Assembly (NCBI GenBank): GCA_038231435.1
Contig: JBBRLJ010000015.1
Span: 1 to 64,000, forward strand
Direction of reading: 5' to 3'
Length of the DNA: 64,000 nucleotides
Source: Planctomycetota bacterium
GTDB lineage: Bacteria > Planctomycetota > UBA11346
The position numbers and the translations under genes were made by a program. Below are positions 1 to 7,626 of this stretch, in pieces. How positions within the stretch are numbered: position 1 is the first letter of the stretch; the number at the start of each line of letters is the position of its first letter. The notes below the pieces were generated by a model, which worked only from the letters and a program-made list of their open reading frames with translations, searched no databases and had not been told where the DNA came from.

Positions 1-61
1 CCCATCGCTGAGCGATGGGGCCCCCAAGCACGTAGGTCGGGCCGGGGGCTTGAGCCCCCGT

Positions 62-203
62 CTAAACCGCGGCGTGAGCCGCCGGCCGCCGAGTCCTGGT
101 TTGCGTGAATAATGGGCGCAGCCCATCACGCAAACTTTCTGGCCGCCCGGCGGACAGAAAGAAGGACGACAAAGGCCGTGGGGGCTCGGGGGCGGAGCCC
201 CCG
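62..203 (-). repeat. Structured intergenic repeat, subfamily A, copy A1 (three-way-junction core 83-178)
   Basis: Contains GGTTTGCGTGAATAATGGGCGCAGCCCATCACGCAAAC, near-identical to copies at 13.7k, 33.2k, 33.3k and 41.2k. Terminal hairpin CGGGGGC-GGA-GCCCCCG at 187-203. Strand given for the T-bulge orientation. Confidence 0.9.
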
Positions 204-206
204 TAC

Positions 207-968
207 TTAAGGCACCAGGACGGCCTGATCGCCTTCCTTGACATCATCGTTCGGATCGACGAGCGAGCCTTTGACGATCTCGCCGTACGAGAGCGCGTCG
301 GAGACGCGGATGATCTTGCAGGTCGCGATCGAGAGGTTGCCGCGGTTGATGGCGAAGCGCTGGTTGACGATGACGCCTTGCTTGGCGCCGGCGCCGATGG
401 CGGCGACGTTGGCCTTGCCCGAGCTGCCGATGTCGACCGCGTAGACCTTGGTCGCGATGCGTTTCGGCTGGGCCGGCTGGTTAGGTAGAGTAGTGGGAGT
501 CGGGGTTGGCCCGGTCGCCACGGCGGGCGCCTCGCTGGGCGCGGACGCCACGGCGGTGGGCCCGGCTGGCGTGGGCGCGGCGGAGCTGTCGCCATCGAGC
601 AGCGAGGTCGCGCGGCGCACGCTCGCCTTGCCTTCCTGCGAGAGCGGCGCCGCCATCGTCGACGCGCTTGGCTTGGGCGCGGCCGCGATCTGCATCACCA
701 GCGACGCGTCATAGAGGGTGACGCGGCTGTCGACCAGGCCCTTGGCGAGTGCGTCGAGCTGGGTCGCCAGCGCCGCCTGTCCGCCGGCCTCGGCGTCGCG
801 CGCGCGCGCGCGGATGATCTCGACGGCGATGCGCGTGGCCTCGTCGCCCGGGATACCCGGGGCGTTGGCCGTGGGCGCAACGGTGGCCGGGGGGATCGGG
901 GTGGTCGGGTTGGTGTCCTGGGCGCAACACGCGGAGGCGGCGAGAATGATCAGGAGGAGCGATCTCAT
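207..968 (-). CDS. Secreted hypothetical protein with Pro/Ala/Thr linkers and a C-terminal FlgT-C-like beta-barrel
   Basis: Signal peptide MRSLLLIILAASACCAQ. ATG overlaps the TGA of the upstream epimerase (ATGA at 965-968). C-terminal pattern IGAGAKQGV...FAINRG...IIRVSDALSYGEI...VKEGDQAV. Confidence 0.7.
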   Translation of the reverse strand: MRSLLLIILAASACCAQDTNPTTPIPPATVAPTANAPGIPGDEATRIAVEIIRARARDAEAGGQAALATQLDALAKGLVDSRVTLYDASLVMQIAAAPKPSASTMAAPLSQEGKASVRRATSLLDGDSSAAPTPAGPTAVASAPSEAPAVATGPTPTPTTLPNQPAQPKRIATKVYAVDIGSSGKANVAAIGAGAKQGVIVNQRFAINRGNLSIATCKIIRVSDALSYGEIVKGSLVDPNDDVKEGDQAVLVP

Positions 969-2032
969 CGGCGATCCTTGCGTGCTTTTGCGGGGGCGGT
1001 GCTTGCTGACGGGTCGGGATCGGCGGTATGCGTGGACAGTACCGCCGGCAGGCGCGAGCTCGCGGGGCGGCGACGATGCCACTCGAGGCTCTCGCGGACG
1101 ATCGCGTCGAGATCCAGGCGCTGTTTCCAGCCGGTGAGGCCGACCAGCTTGGAGACGTCGGGGAGCCGGCGACGCATGTCCTCGAAGCCGCCGTCGGGGA
1201 AGGCGCGGTCGTAGGGGATGAGATCGATGCGCGAGCGGCTGCCCGAGGCGGCGAGCACCTTGCGCGCGAGCTCCGCGATCGAGACCTCCTCGGTGGCGCC
1301 GACGTTCACCACCTGTCCAACCGCGGCCGGACAGTCGAGCAGCGCCAGCACCGCGGAGACCGCGTCCGCGACGTGCAGGAAGCAGCGCGACTGGCCGCCG
1401 TCGCCGTGCACCTCGAGCGCGCGGCCCGCGAGCGCGGCCTCGCAGAAGCGCGGCAGCACCATGCCGTAGTGCGCGCTCTGGCGCGGACCGGTGATGTTGA
1501 AGAAGCGCGCGATCGTCACCGGCAAGCCGCGCTCGCGGACATAGGCGAGGGCGAGGAACTCGTCCATCAGCTTCGAGCAGGCGTAGCTCCAGCGGTGCAG
1601 CGAGCTCGAGCCGAGCACGCTGTCGTCGTCCTCGCGGAACGGCGCGTGCGCCTGCTTGCCGTAGACCTCGCTGGTCGAGGCGTACAGCACCGGCTGCTTG
1701 CCGTGGGCGTGCGCGGCACGCAGCACCGTGGCCGTGCCGTGCAGGTTGGTGACGATGCTGTTGACCTGGCGCTCGAGGATGCGGCGTACGCCCACCGCGG
1801 CGGCCAGATGCACGATGCGCTCGACCTGCTGGCAGGCCTCGTCGACCACCAGTTCGTCGCACACCGAACCATGGATCATCGCCAGGCGGGCGTGACCCTT
1901 GAGGTGCGAGAGGTTGGCTTCCGTGCCAGTCGAATGGTCGTCGAGCACCAACACGTCGTCGCCGCGTCCGATCAGAGCCTCGACGAGGTGGCTGCCGATG
2001 AAGCCGCAGCCGCCGGTGACCAGGTAACGCAT
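965..2032 (-). CDS. NAD-dependent nucleotide-sugar epimerase/dehydratase (extended SDR)
   Basis: LVTGGCGFIGSHL Rossmann motif, HLAAAVGV, ASTSEVYG, YACSK catalytic motif, RFFNITGPRQ. Confidence 0.92.
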   Translation of the reverse strand: MRYLVTGGCGFIGSHLVEALIGRGDDVLVLDDHSTGTEANLSHLKGHARLAMIHGSVCDELVVDEACQQVERIVHLAAAVGVRRILERQVNSIVTNLHGTATVLRAAHAHGKQPVLYASTSEVYGKQAHAPFREDDDSVLGSSSLHRWSYACSKLMDEFLALAYVRERGLPVTIARFFNITGPRQSAHYGMVLPRFCEAALAGRALEVHGDGGQSRCFLHVADAVSAVLALLDCPAAVGQVVNVGATEEVSIAELARKVLAASGSRSRIDLIPYDRAFPDGGFEDMRRRLPDVSKLVGLTGWKQRLDLDAIVRESLEWHRRRPASSRLPAVLSTHTADPDPSASTAPAKARKDRR

Positions 2033-2070
2033 GGGCACAGCATTGGCGCGGCTGGGGTCGTTCAACTTTT

Positions 2071-2110
2071 TGATGGGGGGCTGCGGCCCCCCATCATCGC
2101 GCTCCGCGCT
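2071..2110. repeat. Solo GC-rich hairpins related to the flanking hairpins of the repeat family
   Basis: TGATGGGGGGC-TGCG-GCCCCCCATCA (11-bp stem), then GCGC-TCC-GCGC (GGA triloop on the minus strand). Confidence 0.55.
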
Positions 2111-2168
2111 GCCCCCTGGGAAGGAATGGGAAGGGAGGGTTGGGAGCGGGCGTGCTTGCGCACTGCGC

Positions 2169-4658
2169 TCACTTCGCGGGGTCCTTGGGTGCGTCCTTCG
2201 GCGGCTCGGTTGCCGGGGTGGCGTCCTTCGGGGGGTCGGGCTTTTCGGCTTGGGGGATCTCGCCGGTGGCGGAGCAGCGGACGGTGTGGGATTTGCCGCC
2301 GGAGCGGAACTCGGCTTTGAAGAAGGTGTCCTTGGCTTCGGGCGCGGTGCGGAAGTAGGCGAAATCCTTGACGTCATCCTTGCCGGCGAGGCGGTCGCGC
2401 TCGGCCATCAGGGTCTTCTTCGCCTCGGGCGGTACCTCGGAGCCGTCGATCTCGCGCCACTCGCCGGGCCAGGCCTGGTCGATCAGGCGGCTCCACCACC
2501 AGTGGCGATGATGCAGGCGGTCGTAAGCCGACCACGCGGCCAGCGCCGCGAGCAGCATCAGGATGGTGAACGACTTCCACGGGCGCTTCTTCTCTGCGTA
2601 GGGATCGGCCAGCGAGCGGATCGCATGCGCGGGCAGATGCGGGAGCTCGGTGAGCGAGCCGCCGAACGGGATGTTGATCTTCACCCGCCCGTTCACGGCC
2701 CAGCCGTTGGCGTCGAGGATGGGGCCCAGGTTGCGCTGCCGCAGCTTGAGCGCGGCGATCACCATCGACGGCAGCGAGATGCCGAGCAGCAGTGCCGCGA
2801 AGCCCGCCGGCATCCACGGCCCGAGCCCGAAGATCGCGGCGAGGAAGCCGCTGACCGCGGTGGCGATGCCGCCGATCGCGACGCCGATACCGGTGATCAG
2901 CGTGAGGTCGAGCTTGGGCTTGGGCGGCGCCGTCTTGCCGGCCTCGGCCGCAGCGGCGGTGGTAGAGATGCCAGCTGAAAGCTTCTGGTCGGCGGCCTGG
3001 TCGGCACTGGCGGCGCGCTTGGCGACCAGCTCCTCGACGAAGCGGATCGCGCGCTTGTACGGCGCCCAGAACGCCTGGCGGATGCTGATCGGGTTCTCGA
3101 TCACCTTGACGATGGTGGCGTCCCAGTCGCGGCCCTTGCGGTCGTAGAACAGCCCATTGCGGCCGACCAGCAGGTTATCCGAATCGCCAGCGGTGAAGGC
3201 CGCGGCGATGGTCATCTTCTCGCCTGTCGCCACGCGCGTGCAGTCGCAGTAGGCCAGGTAGATCTTGGCCAGGCCGGCGAGCGCGCCGTGCTTGTCGGGG
3301 TCGTGCACGCGCACGCACAGGTCGCACGAGCGGCCGTCGAGATAGAGCGTGCCCGACTGGAACACCGCCAGGCGTCCGCGCGAGTAGAAGTCGGAAAAAT
3401 TGACGAAGTTATGCAGCAGGCGGTAGAGATCGCGGTGCAGGCGCACCAGCTTCTCGACCGGCGTGATCGAGTCGTACTCGGTGGCGAACGACAGGTCCTT
3501 CGCCAGCAGCTCCTCGATGTGCTTGCGCACGTCCGATCCGAGCAGCGCACGCACGCGCGCGAGGCCGAGCTTCTCGACCGAGGCTCCGGCTTTGGTCGCC
3601 ACCCACGCCCGTGTCGCCGCGAAACGTGCCTGCAGTGCGAGCCAGGCGTCTTCCGAGAGCGAGGTGGTGCCCTCGCCGAGCAGGGGGGCGATCACCCGCG
3701 CGTGCAGCGCGTCGAGCGCCGGAGCCCACGCTGGATTGATCGCGCCATCGAGCTCGAGCTCGGACGCGCCCTGCACGTGCGCGAGCGGAAACGAGCGGAT
3801 CTCGTCGGAAGTGATCGCCAGATCGCGGCTGGCGATTGCCAGGTAATCCTTCTCGGTGCGGTTGAGCGCCTGCTGCGCGCGCGCGTCGTACGCGGCGAGG
3901 CGCACGCGCGCGAACCAGTCGTCGACCTTGGCCTTCACGGCATCGAGGTCGGCCAGCGCCGCGAGCGTCGCCGGGCCCAACGGCAGCGCCTCGGCGTGAT
4001 TCTCGGCGACGGAGTACCAGGCGTCGTAGGCGGAGGCATCCTTGAAGAACGCCTCGACGATCTTCTTGTCGATGCCCGGCTGGCCGTCGCGGTCGATGAG
4101 CGAGCCATGCGTCGCCATGATGTCGATGATTGCCTGCGTCGTTCCGGCGTCATCCCCGGCGGCTGCCGCGGTGATTACGCCGTCGCCGTTGAACGGCGTC
4201 TTGGCGAAGGCCTCGAGCGCCTTCTCGAGATCCGGCAGGGCGATGTGGGTGTCGTCGGCGCGCCCCTGGGTGCGCAGGATGTGGCGCGCGCACGACAGCA
4301 GCGCCTTGCCGGTGGGCAGCGAGTCATCGATCTCGGCGAGCGGCACGCGATCGGTGCCGGGGATGATCGCAGCGATGTCCTTGAGATGGTCGTCGGCGAA
4401 GGCGATGGCGGCGAGGATCTCGGGCGCGCGTACGCGACCGTCCTTGTCGATGTCGATCAGCGCCAGCGTACGCTCGTCGAATTCGAGACCTTTGACTGGG
4501 CAGGCCAGCGCGGCCCACAGCTTCTGGTCGAGCTCGTCGATGTGCGCGATGTCGGCACCGCTGGTGATCGAGACCTGGTCGAAGCCGCCAATGCGGAAAA
4601 ATGTCCAGCGGTGGCGCGGGCCGTGCGGCGGGTGGGCGAGATGGGACAACTGGGACAT
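2169..4658 (-). CDS. Large hypothetical membrane protein with an EF-hand-like loop
   Basis: About 830-aa ORF with strong coding bias. EF-hand-like DIDKDGRVRAPE near the N-terminus; two to three C-terminal hydrophobic helices. Alternative start at 4688. Confidence 0.85.
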   Translation of the reverse strand: MSQLSHLAHPPHGPRHRWTFFRIGGFDQVSITSGADIAHIDELDQKLWAALACPVKGLEFDERTLALIDIDKDGRVRAPEILAAIAFADDHLKDIAAIIPGTDRVPLAEIDDSLPTGKALLSCARHILRTQGRADDTHIALPDLEKALEAFAKTPFNGDGVITAAAAGDDAGTTQAIIDIMATHGSLIDRDGQPGIDKKIVEAFFKDASAYDAWYSVAENHAEALPLGPATLAALADLDAVKAKVDDWFARVRLAAYDARAQQALNRTEKDYLAIASRDLAITSDEIRSFPLAHVQGASELELDGAINPAWAPALDALHARVIAPLLGEGTTSLSEDAWLALQARFAATRAWVATKAGASVEKLGLARVRALLGSDVRKHIEELLAKDLSFATEYDSITPVEKLVRLHRDLYRLLHNFVNFSDFYSRGRLAVFQSGTLYLDGRSCDLCVRVHDPDKHGALAGLAKIYLAYCDCTRVATGEKMTIAAAFTAGDSDNLLVGRNGLFYDRKGRDWDATIVKVIENPISIRQAFWAPYKRAIRFVEELVAKRAASADQAADQKLSAGISTTAAAAEAGKTAPPKPKLDLTLITGIGVAIGGIATAVSGFLAAIFGLGPWMPAGFAALLLGISLPSMVIAALKLRQRNLGPILDANGWAVNGRVKINIPFGGSLTELPHLPAHAIRSLADPYAEKKRPWKSFTILMLLAALAAWSAYDRLHHRHWWWSRLIDQAWPGEWREIDGSEVPPEAKKTLMAERDRLAGKDDVKDFAYFRTAPEAKDTFFKAEFRSGGKSHTVRCSATGEIPQAEKPDPPKDATPATEPPKDAPKDPAK

Positions 4659-4731
4659 GGCTTGGCTCTCGGGACGACACGGTGACATCGTCGACCTGAG
4701 GTCAAGGGAGATGCGGACTTTCAGTTATCAC

Positions 4732-4894
4732 AGGGGCTTCGCCCCTACGGCCCGGTCGGGCCTACCCCACGGGCTTTGTCGGGGCTCGATGTCTTCGCTT
4801 CGCTACGACATCGTCGGCGGATGGCTTCGCCATGATATCCGCCGACCGCGCCTGGGCGCCCGGTTGCTGCGCAACGGATGGAGGACGCGGCGTC
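4732..4894 (+). repeat. Structured intergenic repeat, subfamily B, copy B1 (core 4770-4862)
   Basis: Colinear similarity to 28989-29151 (CCCCTACGGCCC...GGGCCTACCCCACGGGCTTTGTCG...GACATCGTCGGCGGATGG...TATCCGCCGACC...GGCGCCCGGTTGC). Same fold as subfamily A. Confidence 0.88.
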
Positions 4895-4952
4895 GTAGAT
4901 CGAGGCCTGCGCTGCTGTCGCGCGCGCGCGCGAGGGGACGTGGCTGGATGAT

Positions 4953-5405
4953 TCAGCGCGCGGGTACGGCGGCGTCGCGCAGGGCCGCGAGGACCTCGTC
5001 GGCGCTCTGGCGGGAGAACGGCAGCACCGTTTTGCGCCAGCGCTCGATGCCCTGCCGATCCACGACCACGATCATGCGCCGCGTGCCGTACCAGGCCTTG
5101 GCCAGGTAGGCGGCGCAGCACGCTCCGCCCGGGTCCGACAGCAGCGGGTAGGGGAATCCGTTGGCGGCCGTGAACGCGGCGTGGCGGTCGTAGTTGGCGG
5201 GATTGATGCCGACGACGTTCGCGCCGGCGCGCGCGAAATCCGCCCAGCGGTTACGGTAATCACAGAGTTGGGCAGTGCACACGCGGGTGAAGTCGCCGGG
5301 ATAGAACACCAGTGCGGCCGGCCCCGCGGCCCAGGCCTTGGACAGGCGGTAGGGCTTTCCTGCCGGATCGATCAGCTCGGCATCGTGCGCCTGCTCGCCG
5401 ATCAT
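4953..5405 (-). CDS. bcp: Peroxiredoxin, BCP/PrxQ family
   Basis: FYPGDFTRVCTAQLC (PxxxTxxC with a resolving Cys), YPLLSDP. Confidence 0.88.
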   Translation of the reverse strand: MIGEQAHDAELIDPAGKPYRLSKAWAAGPAALVFYPGDFTRVCTAQLCDYRNRWADFARAGANVVGINPANYDRHAAFTAANGFPYPLLSDPGGACCAAYLAKAWYGTRRMIVVVDRQGIERWRKTVLPFSRQSADEVLAALRDAAVPAR

Positions 5406-5442
5406 GAGTAAACCATCCAGCGAGCGATATGTCCAATGTGGT

Positions 5443-5478
5443 CGAGGCGTCCGAGGTATCCGAAGCGTCCGAGGCCAC
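5443..5478 (+). repeat. Degenerate 9-bp tandem repeat, 4 units
   Basis: CGAGGCGTC CGAGGTATC CGAAGCGTC CGAGGCCAC. Confidence 0.7.
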
Positions 5479-5535
5479 CGCGGAGTCGCCCGTGAGAACT
5501 CGCGCTCGCTCGCATCGCTGGCGCCAGCACGAGAA

Positions 5536-5820
5536 TCAGCGTTTCGAGCAGGTGAAGATGTTCTTGTCGGTGAACGTGATCTCGGCGCCGGTGGCGAGTT
5601 CGGCGTAGGGATTCTTCTTGGTGTTCGCGCCCATGACCTTGCCGGTGAAACGGCCCTCGCCGAGGTCGCGGATCACCGTGACGAAGACCTCGAAGCCGTC
5701 GACGAAGAGCTTGACGTTGTCGCCGCTCTCGACCTTGTTTGACGGCGGCGCCGCCGACGGCTTGATGGTCGCCACGTAGACGATCGATTTCGCGGGACGA
5801 TCCTTGAAGGGGACGGGCAT
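5536..5820 (-). CDS. Small hypothetical protein, predicted beta-rich (possibly DUF2314-like)
   Basis: 94-aa ORF with typical codon usage and GGAG upstream; pattern GDNVKL..FVTV..RFTGKV..GAEITF...I. Confidence 0.7.
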   Translation of the reverse strand: MPVPFKDRPAKSIVYVATIKPSAAPPSNKVESGDNVKLFVDGFEVFVTVIRDLGEGRFTGKVMGANTKKNPYAELATGAEITFTDKNIFTCSKR

Positions 5821-5850
5821 GGGTCGGTACTCCCGGTGAGGTCGGTCAGG

Positions 5851-6852
5851 TCAGGCCAGGCCGACGGCGCGGCGAGCGCGATCGGTGGTGGCGCGGGCGT
5901 GGGCGCGGGCCGCCGCGGCGCCCTTGGCGAGCACCTCGTCGACGTACGCGGGCTTGGCGAGGATCGCGGCACGGCGCGCGCGCGCGGGCCCGAAGTGATC
6001 GAGCAGCAGCTCGAAGAGCGCCTGCTTGGCGTGGCCGTAGCCCATGCCGCCGGCGCGGTAGCGCGCACTGAGATCGACGGTGCGGGGATCCGCCTTGCCG
6101 GCGATGGCGCGGAAGATGCGGTAGACCGAGCAGGTCTCGGGATCCTTGACGCCCTCGACCGGCGTGGAGTCGGTCTTGATCGACATCACGCGCTTGCGCA
6201 GCGGCTTCTCGTCCTCGAAGGGGTCGATGGTGTTGCCGTAGCTCTTGGACATCTTCTCGCCGTCGACGCCGGGCAGCACGTCGGCGTCGGGCGCCAGACG
6301 GAAGGCCGGCAGCTTGAAGGTCTCGGTGACTGTTCCGTCGGCGGAGGAGCCGCGGAACTCCTCGTTGAACCGCGCCGCCATGTCGCGGGTGAGCTCGAGG
6401 TGCTGGACCTGGTCCTTGCCCACCGGCACCAGGTCGGCGTCGACCGCGAGGATGTCGGCGGCCTGCAGGATCGGATAGTTGAATAGGCCGACGTTGGCGG
6501 CGATGCCCTTGGCGACCTTGTCCTTGTAGCTGACCGCTTTCTCCATCCACGACATCGGGCAAACGCAGGCCAGCAGCCAGGCGAGCTCGGTGACCTCGGG
6601 CACGTCGTGCTGCACGTAGATGCTGGTGCGCTCGGGATCCAGGCCGTAGGCGAGATAGTCGACCACCACCTGGCGCACGTTCTCGCGCAGCGTCGTGGCG
6701 TCACGCATGCTGGTCAGTGCGTGGTACGAGGCGACGAACACGAAGACCTCGTTGCCCGAGGCCTGCAGATCGAGGAACTGGCGGATGGCCCCGGCGTAGT
6801 TGCCGAGGTGGAGCTTGCCCGTGGGCTGGATGCCGGAGAGGACGCGGGGCAT
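5851..6852 (-). CDS. trpS: Tryptophan--tRNA ligase
   Basis: SGIQPTGKLHLGNY (HIGH-like), YPILQAADIL, VPVGKDQVQHLE, KMSKS. Confidence 0.97.
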   Translation of the reverse strand: MPRVLSGIQPTGKLHLGNYAGAIRQFLDLQASGNEVFVFVASYHALTSMRDATTLRENVRQVVVDYLAYGLDPERTSIYVQHDVPEVTELAWLLACVCPMSWMEKAVSYKDKVAKGIAANVGLFNYPILQAADILAVDADLVPVGKDQVQHLELTRDMAARFNEEFRGSSADGTVTETFKLPAFRLAPDADVLPGVDGEKMSKSYGNTIDPFEDEKPLRKRVMSIKTDSTPVEGVKDPETCSVYRIFRAIAGKADPRTVDLSARYRAGGMGYGHAKQALFELLLDHFGPARARRAAILAKPAYVDEVLAKGAAAARAHARATTDRARRAVGLA

Positions 6853-6854
6853 GG

Positions 6855-7571
6855 TCAGCGCAGGTAGATGTAGGCGTTATAGAGCAGGAAGCAGAACATC
6901 ACGGCGAGGTAGACGGGAAATTCGTGGATCTGGTTCATCTCCCAGGCCAGCACCGCGGCGGCTCCGACGAACGCCAGGGTCAGGCAGACGCCGCGCACCA
7001 GGGCGTGCTTGCGCGTGCAGACGAGCATGGCGTTGTAGACCAACTGGCCGCCATCGAGAGGAAAGATGGGCAAGCAATTGAAGATGCCCAGGATGAGATT
7101 GATCTGCATGGTCAGGAAGGTGAACATGCCGAGCAGGCTCATGTCGTAGATGTTGCGGTGGACGAACGGCTGCTTCCACAGCATGTCGGGGTGATTCTGC
7201 ACCAAGAATTCGTAACCGGCCCAACCGATGCCAGCCAGGGCGAAGCTGACGGCCGGTCCGGCGGCGACGATCAGCAGCTCGCGGCGCGGCAGGCTGTCGC
7301 GGGTGGATTTGCATAGGCCTCCGAATGCGCCGAGGGTGATGGTGATGCCCATCGCGCCCAATGCTTTCGCGGTCAGGCCATGACCGAGCTCGTGCAGGAT
7401 GATGCCCATCAGGGTGACCGTCAGCGCCACCAGGGCGAGTTCGGGATGCTGGAGGCCGCCGTAGCGACTGATCATCAGATAGAGGAAGATCAGGAACGTC
7501 CAGTGCAGGAACAACGGGATGGGCCCGAGGTTCCCCACATGCACCGAATCCCGCTGTTCCATCATCATCAT
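6855..7571 (-). CDS. Site-2 protease, peptidase M50 family
   Basis: HELGH zinc motif, AGPAVS, FNCLPIFPLDGG, several TM helices. Start uncertain among four tandem ATGs (7562-7571). Confidence 0.93.
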   Translation of the reverse strand: MMMMEQRDSVHVGNLGPIPLFLHWTFLIFLYLMISRYGGLQHPELALVALTVTLMGIILHELGHGLTAKALGAMGITITLGAFGGLCKSTRDSLPRRELLIVAAGPAVSFALAGIGWAGYEFLVQNHPDMLWKQPFVHRNIYDMSLLGMFTFLTMQINLILGIFNCLPIFPLDGGQLVYNAMLVCTRKHALVRGVCLTLAFVGAAAVLAWEMNQIHEFPVYLAVMFCFLLYNAYIYLR

Positions 7572-7626
7572 CGTCCACACCCTACGGCTCCGGAGCGCCG
7601 CGCAAACCGCACGCCCGTCGCGCTGG

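Noticed and set aside
83..178. Element as a hammerhead or HDV ribozyme, tRNA, group II intron domain V or attC site
   Set aside because: No CUGANGA/GAAA core, no cloverleaf or T-loop, no AGC/CGC triad hairpin, no RYYYAAC/GTTRRRY ends. A novel catalytic RNA cannot be excluded without an assay.
105..488. Recurrent short ORFs beginning MNNGRSPSRK (also 12535-13728 and 33022-33330) and GLPHGLCRGSMS peptides
   Set aside because: They are translations of the repeat element running antisense into real genes; conservation follows base pairing, not codons.
2071..2096. Intrinsic terminator
   Set aside because: Strong stem, but on the transcribed minus strand it is followed by an A-run rather than a U-tract.
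6853..6900. T-box or attenuator upstream of trpS
   Set aside because: trpS starts 2 nt after the M50 protease stop, leaving no leader.
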